Positions 9,351-19,578 of a stretch of DNA of 64,000 bases are shown in pieces; the first letter of the stretch is position 1; each line of letters begins with the position of its first letter. Made by a program: the position numbers and the translations under genes. The notes beneath the pieces are model-generated. The model saw only the letters and a program-made list of their open reading frames with translations, was not told the DNA's origin and did not search any database. Where the stretch lies: positions 30,566,001 to 30,630,000 of the forward strand of contig NC_092346.1 in assembly GCF_963676685.1 (NCBI RefSeq), written 5' to 3'. This DNA comes from Mytilus edulis (Eukaryota).

Positions 9351-10039
9351 CGAAGGAAATGATTCTTATTCCTAAACATAAATTCGAGGCTGTCTTTCAA
9401 AAACAAAACGAAGATCAATCGAAAGCGGAAGTGGTGTTACATGACACTCCACCTCGAGACAATGACCAACACAATCTGTCATATGACCAGAAACCGTTAC
9501 ATGATGATTTACGATCGTTAATCAATATCACTTTTCCATCTAGATATAAAGACAAAGCCTTGCGACTTTTGCTTTACTTACAAAAACAACCATCTATTAA
9601 GTGGGACGAACAAGGTGAAGTTTGCATTGACGGAAAAGTTATTTCAAACACTCATATCGTTGACTTGATACGTGATTCAACAGTTCCAATTGGTCGTAGA
9701 AAACTAACAGCTGGTATACATCAATTCTACCAATTTCTGAAGTCTACTAACATTCCACTTCGTTTGTTTAGGAATGTAGAAAAAAACAAACAAAGTACGA
9801 TTCGAGTCTACCTCTTATAAAGAAAAGAAAACAGAAGAAGAAAATAAGGAGAAAGAAGAAACAGATGAATACAGTGAAGATAGTGACAATGAATACATCC
9901 AACAAAATAAAAAGACAAAAAAGACAGAAACTAATTTGGAAACCAAAAAGAAAATGTATGCGCAACGAGACATAAACAGTATATTCACAATTAAAAAGAA
10001 GAGAAAAAAAAATGGTTACAATTTAAATGTTTTAACTAA
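9347..10039 (+). pseudogene. PZ-like gene, frameshifted right copy
   Basis: +1 A in the run near 9781 truncates the ORF at 9820. A further +2 A near 10005 (693 vs 690 bp). Confidence 0.75.
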
Positions 10040-10619
10040 AAAACAAATACAATCTTGAATATTTTAAATAAATGATTAATAAATGAAATGTGTTATTATT
10101 TTGTGTTTAAAGAAACTATATATAAATGAGACAACGAGGTGTTTTATTTTTAAACAAACTAATTGAGAAAAGAGAGAAAATAATTTACAAAGAGAAAGAA
10201 AGAAAAACTTTTTTCATTTTTAACTATCCTTATCTCAACTAGTTTGTAAGAAAATAAAGTTAGCGGTTTGTTAATATTTCTTCTCTCTTGGATTCTGTTG
10301 TGTAGAGTATTTCCTGTAAAAATAAAAATAGCCTGTCTCTCCTTCCGTTACAATTAATTCCCTTTATTCAAACAAAGGATCCGCTAATTAAGTTCGAAAA
10401 CAATTGGATTTTGATTGTCTGGAAACAACTGGTTAATTATCAAAAGGGATTCCTCTAATCTAGGATATAAATTAAGAGTCGTTTCTCTAATCCGAAAACA
10501 AATATATTATAATTAGCATTTGTTTATCCTAATCAGGATTAAAAGGGTTAATACTCGGTTCTCTAATCCGAAAACAAATAGATTATAATTAGCAATTGTT
10601 AACTCTTATCGGGATAAAA

Positions 10620-10909
10620 AAGGAACAAAACATTGAGGAGCACTAATCTAGATTAAAAGATAAGGATTATCTTAATCCGATTGATTGCACAATGATGTGC
10701 TTAAAGGAACAAAAACATTGAGGAGCACTAATCTAGATTAAAAGATAAGGATTATCTTTATCCGATTGATTGCATAATAAGCTGCTTAAAGTTGCATCAT
10801 AAGCTGCTTTAAATCGTACCATAAGCTGGCTTAAGAAGATTAGAGGGGATTATAAGCTGGCTTAAGAAGATTAGAGGGGATTACAGGCTCCGTACTTGAG
10901 ATTACGGAG
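10620..10909. repeat. Polinton subterminal tandem repeats and hairpin
   Basis: ~85-bp unit x2, 31-bp unit ataagctggcttaagaagattagaggggatt x2, and stem-loop ctccgta-8nt-tacggag at 10888-10909. Confidence 0.75.
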
Positions 10910-11817
10910 GGCAGTCTCATAACACACTATTATTGTCATCTGATAAAGTCATGCCGTTTATAAGATGTACAGTTTCCTCTTCAAAATCTTTCTGTTTGCA
11001 CCCGTCGACCTCGGGAACTTATCAATTATTGTTAATATTAGTTATTTGGAAAACAAAAGGGCCTGCAATGGAGTATTTTTTAATCAACAGCATTGTCTTG
11101 TATTAGTTATAAATAAAGTTGAATTCTTTGATTCAATGTTTTATGTAAAGTTAAATATTTTGATTTGTCGTTTTTACCCCATGACGGCTGACAAATTGGA
11201 CCTCGTTATTTTAGTATTATAGAAGCAACAGGTCAACTTTATTTGTTGTATGGAATTTGAAGAATTGCTAGCTGTACATGTCTGCTTGGCATGGTTCATC
11301 TGACCTTGACCTTATTTTCATCGTTCATTGGCAAATGTTTAGTTTTCTTTGTAAGTTTATTTGACAGTTGTAATAAAGCTTTACGTTTAGGACTATCAAC
11401 ATAATATCAATGATAATAAAAGAAGGCGAGACTTTTCAGCGTGTGTACTCTTGCTGATGAAGTTGAAGTTCATTCAACTTGAAACTTAGTACACATGTTC
11501 CTTATGATATGATCTTTCTAATTTTAATGCCAAATTAGACTTTTGACCCGAGTTTCTTGGTCAACTGAACATAGAAAATGATAGTGTGAGTTTCAGGTTA
11601 AAGTTTTTGGTCAAGGTATTTCTTTATGAAGTTGGAGTCCAATCAACTTGTTGTTACATAGATTTTATACAATTTTTAGCATTTTTATGAATGAAAAGAA
11701 TATCTTAATGGACCTAATTCTATTTTGAATAGTGGTATGTATCGTCTTTTAGATGGTTCATTGGTCAACGTTAAATTCTTGCGATCTTGTTTCTGGGTTG
11801 TCAATATATAAAGAAAA

Positions 11818-12455
11818 ACTCATCATAGTTACCTGGATTGAAATTTATATGTTGACGTGTGTTTCGTCTACAAAAACTCATCAGTGACCCTTGACTAAAA
11901 CAAAGTTAAAAAGGCCAAATAAAGTAAGAAGTTGAAAAGCATTGAGGACCAAAAATTCCTAAATTTTTTGCCAAACACAGCTTATCTTATCGATCCCTGG
12001 GTTAGAAAAGCCTTAATATTTCAAATATTCAAAGTTTTGTGAACTGTTTATTTATAGTTTGACCATATCAATGAGGGTCCTGATGGGGGGGGGGGGGGGG
12101 GGGGGTCTGTTATTCTGTAAACATCTAATTTTCACCCCTTTTTTCTCTAATCTTTAAAAAAAATAACCCTTTTTTTCTGTAATCTTCAAAAAATTAACCC
12201 CTTTTTTCTCTAATCTTCATTTTGTTTGCCCTTTATTCTCTAATCTTCATTTTTTAAGGGCATTATTCTTTAATCATTTAACCCCACCCAAACCCTCATA
12301 TCAATGATAATTCATGTCAACACAGAAGTGCTGACTCCTTGGGTGGTGATACCCTCGGGGAATTTAAACTCTACCAGCAGTGGCATCGACCCAGTGGTTG
12401 TAAATAAAACTTGTCATAAATACCAGGACTGACATTTAGTTTTTTTGCGCCAGAC
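11818..12455 (-). mobile_element. Degenerate hammerhead retrozyme repeat, interrupted by a MITE
   Basis: Decayed hammerhead (gtttcgtctacaaaaactcatcagtgac on +) and body homologous to the units at 16580-17385. Confidence 0.65.
12073..12297. mobile_element. MITE with GAGGG...CCCTC termini and 8-bp TSD
   Basis: atatcaat is duplicated at 12065-12072 and 12298-12305. Imperfect TIRs and internal ttctctaatct repeats. Confidence 0.75.
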
Positions 12456-14287
12456 ATATTTTTAACTTCTACTCTTTGTGTAATATTTAAAAACAAGATT
12501 GAAGTATGGAAATATAATATTTCCGAATCACAGTATGTGTTCCCTGACAGTGAAATGCTACATCAAACAATTCTCACCTTAATTGCACAAGCATGAAGCA
12601 TGCACATATGCTATTATTAATAAAATGAAAAAATAATAATTTTAATAACTTAACATTTCATGGAACAAAATATCATGATACTTACCATGATATATTGTCT
12701 CCATATACACCAAATTAAACTTTGGATAACCACCCCTTTAACGATTTTGTCCTTCTCTGGACACTTATCATAAATTGTGAAATATTACGATATGTACAAG
12801 TTATCTTCTACAATCGTTCAGGAGCATTATGCTGTAAATATTGTTATTTTCATATTTAATTGACATTGTCGAGCCTACTTACATCAACTTGAATCTAAGT
12901 ACACATGTCAGTAGAATGTGAACTTTTGAAATTATATGCATAATTACAGTTTCTCCCCGCAGTACGAGCAGTGCACGGTGTCATGTAGACACGCATTCTT
13001 GTTTCTATTCTATTCTAATGCAGTACGTATATTTGATTTACATTTTTGTATTATCATGCATCATGTTATAATTTTTACATCACCTAAACTTTGTTTTTAT
13101 GTAATACTTGTCAGCCTGTTCTTGACGTGTTACAAGCGCGTTAGTATGTGACAGGGTTATATATTTAGAAGTGTAACTAGGTTAACTAGTTCAGTCAAAA
13201 ACTAACTAAATCCCGCCAAAAAACCCACCTAGTGCTCATGTGTCTGTCGTGTCCCAATTTAAAACTACGTCGGTGGTTGTTTGTTGTCTTATCTTAGCGC
13301 TATTTGTTGTAACTTTGAGAATTTGGTGTAGATTTTTGACAGTCTCAGTTTGGTTTATGAACAACATTTTTGACTAGGGACGATTAAGAGCATAATGTCT
13401 CATTGGCATGTACATTAAAATCTCTTTATTCAGATTATTAGAGCATAACAAATTTGCTTACATAAAAAAATTGTAAAACAATAAATATCCACTGAAATGG
13501 ATTTAAGGTACCGGATAGAACCTCCTAGCTGAACAATAGCTTCAACAACTGTTAAAAATGACTTCAATAAGCACGCTTCTAAAATGATTAATATTAAAAA
13601 TGAAGAAGATAAACAAAGAAAAGTATGTCCTTGTGTATTATAAATGCCTAGCGGTAAATATTATGATTCATACAATTAATTAATATTGTGAAAAATTATA
13701 TGAAACCTCAAAAGTAGTTTATTTAAAGGACTACCGTAAATTAATGTTTTGAAAAAATATAGGAAACCACAGAATTAGTTTATTTGAAACACTACCGTTA
13801 AACATCAATATACATGTAAGCACCGATGTCAAATTCAATAAATTTAAATTAATTTGCGTTGGCGATTGCAAACAGGTTTATGTTCCGTTTGATAAATGGA
13901 AATATTCCTATGCCATATACACATGGTGCACACGAAATCAACTTTATGGATATCCGGGTTTTTTCCCCCGCGTCACTCGTACATCAGTTAAATATTAATA
14001 TATTGCACACGATTGTGCAGCTGATTGATTGACATAAATTACCAGAAAATTGGACAGTTATGATATTTCATTATTTTTTTTCCTTTCTTAGTTTTTTAAA
14101 ATTCACACGCAAACTATTACGTAATTGCTAGCATACATGTTTATGACAGTGTGGCCGGAAAAGTGTTTCGTTTTATGAATTTGAATGAAAATCACATTCA
14201 AAATTGGAACATTTAAGACAACTGTACTCTTTTCATGTTGAATATATTAACCCAATTTAGTATCATGGGATAATCGTTTGTAATTAC

Positions 14288-14480
14288 CTATCAGGTACCT
14301 GGATTATGATTTAATACACCAGACACACGTTTCGTCTACATAAGACTCATTAGTGACGCTCAGATCAAAATAGGTATAAAGCAAAACAAGTACAAAGTTG
14401 AAGAGCATTAAGGACCCAATATTCCAAAAAGTTGTGCCAAATACGGCTAAGACAATCTATGTCATCTATGCCTGGGATAA
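14288..14480 (-). mobile_element. Partial retrozyme repeat
   Basis: cgtttcgtctacataagactcattagtgacgctc plus adjacent body sequence. Confidence 0.65.
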
Positions 14481-14621
14481 AAACAAATTCTTAGTAAACC
14501 GCTCCTTCATTTTCGATCCTTGTTATGCAGCCGTATAGTTAAATGTACAGAACTTGATTTTGGGCGGGGAGGGGTATTACACATAGGTCGTTTCCCCCAA
14601 CAAACTCCAGGAGTGAATTTC

Positions 14622-15060
14622 ATGGCACAACTTTTGGGACCCACAATGCTCTTCAACTGTGTACTTGTTTGGCTTTATACATATTTTGATATGAAAGTCA
14701 CTGACGAGTCTTATGTAGACGAAACGCGCGTCTGGCGTACTAAATTTTAATCCTGGTACTTTTGATAACTATTTACACCACTAGGTCGATGCCACTGCTG
14801 GTGGACGTTTCGTCCCCGAGGGTATCACCAGCCCAGTAGTCAACACTTCGGTGTTTACATGAATATCAATAATGTGGTCATCTTTATAAATTTCCTGTTT
14901 ACAAAACTTTGAATTTTTCGAATAACTAAGTATTTTCTTATCCCAGGCATAGATTACCTTAGCTGTATTTGGCACAACTTTTTGGAATTTTGGATCCTCA
15001 TGGAGACGAAACGCGCGTCTGGCGTACTAAATTATAATCCTGGTACCTTTGATAACTATA
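14622..15060 (+). mobile_element. Retrozyme repeat (just over one unit, internal deletion near 15000)
   Basis: Hammerhead at 14695-14738 and a second partial GACGAAACGCGCGTC at ~15005. Confidence 0.75.
14695..14738 (+). ncRNA. Type I hammerhead ribozyme with minimal helix III
   Basis: CUGACGA - helix II GUCU/AGAC - GAAAC GCGC GUC (cleavage after 14732) - UGGCGU. The 5' strand of helix I is partly mutated (aagtca vs gcgtca in the other copies). Confidence 0.75.
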
Positions 15061-16579
15061 TAATTACCCCTGACCCATGGCCTATGTATGTATCAGCCAG
15101 TCTATTCAGGAAAAGGAGAAAAAGCCAAATTGACTAAGTTAAAAGAAGTGTACACAGACTCGATAAAATACACAGACTCGATAAAAGTACGTATTCTTTA
15201 ATCCCCAATTTTCTTAATCAGAAAATGTTTGTACCAAGTCAAGAATATGACAGTTGTCCATTCGATGTTTCTGAGCTCTTGATTTTGTCATTTGATTAGG
15301 GACTTTTCGTTTTGAATTTTCCTCGGAGTTTAGTATTTTTTTGATTTAACATTCTTTCATCCTATTCCATCCGACTATAAATAAAAGCACAACAACAGCT
15401 GTCGTCAAAATTACTGTAAGAATAATTACTGTGACTCAAACGAGGAAGGACACAACGCTATCGTCTGAAATATTCAGATTAAGCAAGTGTAAAGACTGTG
15501 AATTGTACGAAGTGAAAATCTTCAGTTGCGACATCGCAGAGAAGACACTAACATTCATGTATCAATTCTTATTAATCTTTGCATTTTGTCCAATACAAAA
15601 CAAGAACTATCGACAAATTAATTTTTATTTTTACTTTAATTTTTCGTTTTGAGGTGCTACCTCACAACCCTAATACCGATTTAAGGGTTGCTATGTCACC
15701 CTGCCTTATACCGGTTTAAGGTTGTTAACTTCAATGATCATAATTAAGAAAAAAATAATTCAATTATTATATGTTGAACGAATGCACAAGTTTGAGAGAA
15801 GAACTTTATTAAATAGAACCAAACATCAGTAGAAAGTAAAATACGAAAAATGCATTTTTGACGACAGTTGTTACTAGTATTATCTGATTAATATTGATGA
15901 CAGTTGTATTTACTCCTCACTGGAATATTTTATATTATTTTCTTTCAATTTGATAAAAGCTTTGGCCTTCCAATCAAACTTTAATAAAGCGTCCGTGCTT
16001 ATGGACTTTTCGTCTTCGATGGTATCACCAGCCCAGTAGTCATTATTCCAGCGGTGACATTAAATGTTGTCGGTGCAGTCATTTTATGATCGAAGGGGTA
16101 GAGTCAATTTCCTTGAATGTACTTCACTTTCAGGGCCAAAACCGAAAACTGTTGAAACATTCTTGAATTCGAATATAAAGAAGTCTAGACAACAATAACA
16201 CAAAAATACGAAAAAATGTTGTAAGAACCTCAAAAATCTTTCATACTGTGAATTCAGTGAAGATTGGAAGACTTTGTAAATATCCCAGGTGTGTATTAAA
16301 TTCTGGGGAAATGGGTTTACCCCTTTTCATTGCTCTTCAAACCTGGTTATAAAATTGTCTTCCAACTACATGTGTTTTGATTTGAGTGCTACAGATTAGT
16401 CTCATTTAAAAGTAACGTGAAACTGACATATCAAAGTTATAAACCTGATAAAAATGAAAATGGAAATGGAGAATGTGTCAAAGAGACAACAACCCCACCA
16501 TAGAGCAGACAGCATGGTATCTCTGATAAAATTAAACATTCAATGGGCCAACTCTACCACTGGGAAACGTTTTATTCGC

Positions 16580-17385
16580 AATAGTTATCAAAGGTACCAG
16601 AATTATAATTCAATACGCCAGACGCGCGTTTCTATTACATAAGACTCATTAGTGACGCTCAGATCAAAACAGTAAAAAAGCAAAACAAATACAAAGTTGA
16701 AGAGCATTGCGGACTCAAAATTCCAAAAAGTTATGCTAAATACGGCTAAGGTAATCTACTCCTGGGAGCAAGAAAATCCTTAGTTTTTCGAAAAATTCAA
16801 AGTTTTGTAAACAGAAAGTTTTATAAAATGACCATATATTTGATATTCATGTCAACACCGAAGTGCTGACTACTGGGCTGGTGATTCCCTCGGGGACGAA
16901 ACGCCCACCAGCAGTGGCATCGACACAGTGGTGTAAATAGTTATCAAAGGTACCAGGATTTTAATTTGACACTCAAGACGAGCGTTTCATCTACATAAGA
17001 CTCATCAGTGACGCTCAGACCAAAACAATTAAAAAGTCAAACAAATGCAAAGTTGAAGAGCATTGAGGACCCAAAATTCCAAAAAGTTATGCCAAATACG
17101 GCTAAGGTAATCTACTCCTGGGGGTAAGAAAATCCTTAGTTTTTCGATAAATTCAAAGTTTTGGAAACAGGAGATTTATAAAATGATCATATAATTGATA
17201 TTCATGTCAACACCGAAGTGCTGACTACTGGGCTGGTGATACCCTCGGGGACGAAACGTCTACCAGCATCGATCCAGTAGTGTAAATAGTTATCAAAGGT
17301 ACCAGGATTATAATTTAATACGCCAGACGCGCGTTTCGTCTACATAGGACTGATCAGTGACGCTCAGACCAAAACATTTAAAACT
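16580..17385 (-). mobile_element. Tandem retrozyme array (~350-bp unit, ~2.3 copies, three hammerhead motifs)
   Basis: aatagttatcaaaggtaccag recurs at ~16580, ~16936 and ~17285. Each hammerhead copy carries a core or helix mutation. Confidence 0.8.
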
Positions 17386-18279
17386 GTATCACCAGCCCAA
17401 TGGTCAGCACTCGTGTGTTGAAATGAAATATCATTAGTGCTGTCATTTACTTTTCGTAAAGTGTAAAACCTTTCCGAAACAATAAGCCTTGTATACCTTT
17501 ACCCACAAATAACCATAGCCAGACATCATATTGGAATTTTTACCTTTCAATGTAACCCTACTTTGGGATATTTTTGGCCTTCGAACAATGATGAGTCTTA
17601 TGTAGACGTAACGCACGCGTGGTTTACCAAATTATACGTTCGGTATCTTTAATGAAGTTTATTAAATAGAAATATGCTCTAAAGGTCATACGAGCCCCAT
17701 TTTACCGAAACATATGTATGTTGAGATATGTATAACAACAACAACGAACTGAAAGGTAAATTCAAAAAGGGGGAAGCCTATTAAAAATGAAAAAAACAAA
17801 TCAATACAAGAGTTTAATATTACCAACTATCGCAGGTATGGAAAAAAGCTTTCATACTCCTGATTTCCCGCAAAAAAATGTGTCGTTAACCTGATGTAAG
17901 GCTACCAAATCTCCCATTTGAATGTCAGTTGTCAATAGTTATGCTATATTGACAAAATTATATATGCAAATCATACAGACATAATTTTACGATATTTGTC
18001 ACTATTTGAACCCCGTGAGTTTAATCTAAATCTTTATCTTCAGTTGCATTGGCACCTGTTCGTCTATGAATTTTTTTTATTTTGGAGCATACTTGCAACT
18101 ATTTATCACGTTATTTTAAGTTGTTTAGCCATTTACTTAAATAATAAAAAAATATTTTACAGTTTTTCAGCTGATACAACCACAAACTGACTTTCGAAGT
18201 TCGCTTCTTTTTGTTACTTGATTGGGTTGTAGAATCATTGACAGAAGCACATCCTTATGAATCGCGGAACGTTTCTGCA

Positions 18280-19578
18280 TTCAGTTACTTTCCAAAGCTA
18301 TAGACGATTATCAACAAGAATCGTGCTTTCAGTTACATTCGAAAGCAATAGACGATTATCAACAAGAATCGTGCTTTCAGTTTCTTTCCAAAGCTATAGA
18401 CGATTATCAACAAGAACCGTGCTTTCAGTTACTTTCCAAAGCTATAGACGATTATCAAAAATAATCGTGCTTTCAGTTACTTTCCAAAGCTATAAACGAT
18501 TATCAAAAAGAATCGTGCTTTCGGTTACTTTCCAAAGCTATAGACGATTATCAACAAGAATCGTGCTTTCGGTTACTTTCCAAAGCTTTAGACGATTATC
18601 AACAAGAATCGTGCTTTCAGTTACTTTCCAAAGCTATAGACGATTATCTTATCAACAAGAATCATGCTTTCAGTTACATTCGAAAGCAATAGACGATTAT
18701 CAACAAGAATCGTGCTTTCAGTTTCTTTCTAACGCTATAGACGATAATCAACAAGAATCATGCTTTCAGTTACTTTCCAAAGCTATAAACGAGTATCAAA
18801 AAGAATCGTGCTTTCAGTTACTTTCCAAAGCTATAGACGATTATCAACAAGAATCGTGCTTTCGGTTACTTTCCAAAGCTATAGACGACTATCAACAAGA
18901 ATCGTGCTTTCAGTTTCTTTCCAAAGCTATAGACGATTATCAACAAGAATCGTTCTTTCAGGTACATTCGAAAGCAATAGACGATTATCAACAAGAATCG
19001 TGCTTTCAGTTTCTTTCCAAAGCTATAGACGATTATCAACAAGAATCGTGCTTTCAGTTACTTTCCAAAGCTATAAACGATTATCAAAAAGAATCGTGCT
19101 TTCAGTTACTTTCCAAAGCTATAAACGATTATCAAAAAGAATCGTGCTTTCAGTTACTTTCCAAAGCTATAGACGATTATCAACAAGAATCGTGCTTTCG
19201 GTTACTTTCCAAACCTTTAGACGATTATCAACAAGAATCGTGCTTTCAGTTACTTTCCAAAGCTATAGACGATTATCAAAAATAATCGTGCTTTCAGTTA
19301 CTTTCCAAAGCTATAAACGATTATCAAAAAGAATCGTGCTTTCAGTTACTTTCCAACGCTATAGACGATTATCAACAAGAATCATGCTTTCAGTTACTTT
19401 CCAAAGCTATAAACGATTATCAACAAGAATCGTGCTTTCAGTTTCTTTCCAAAGCTATACACGATTATCAACAAGAATCGTGCTTTCAGTTACTTTCCAA
19501 AGCTATAGACGATTATCAACAAGAATCGTACTTTCAGTTTCTTTCCAAAGCTATACACGATTATCAACAAGAATCGTA
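18280..19578. repeat. 48-bp minisatellite, ~27 copies
   Basis: Unit ttcagttactttccaaagctatagacgattatcaacaagaatcgtgct. Explains ORFs 18257..19285 and 18760..19644. Confidence 0.95.

Larger units (their letters stand above)
8934..10667 (+). repeat. Right arm of the long inverted repeat
   Basis: Reverse complement of 1..1712. Weaker similarity continues inward (about 8800-8933 vs 2252-2390). Confidence 0.95.
1..10931. mobile_element. Defective Polinton/Maverick (adintovirus-like) element with gene-containing long inverted repeats; left end lies outside the window
   Basis: Contains rve integrase with chromodomain, minor and major capsid, A32-like ATPase, and PW/PZ-like ORFs. 1..1712 is the reverse complement of 8934..10667. 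Subterminal repeats and ...aacacactatt (resembling the Polinton ACTACT terminus) end near 10931. No pPolB or protease ORF. Confidence 0.9.

Noticed and set aside
12684-12835. Minus-strand segment with acceptor and donor signals
   Set aside because: Stops in all three frames and no linked gene, so at most a non-coding exon.
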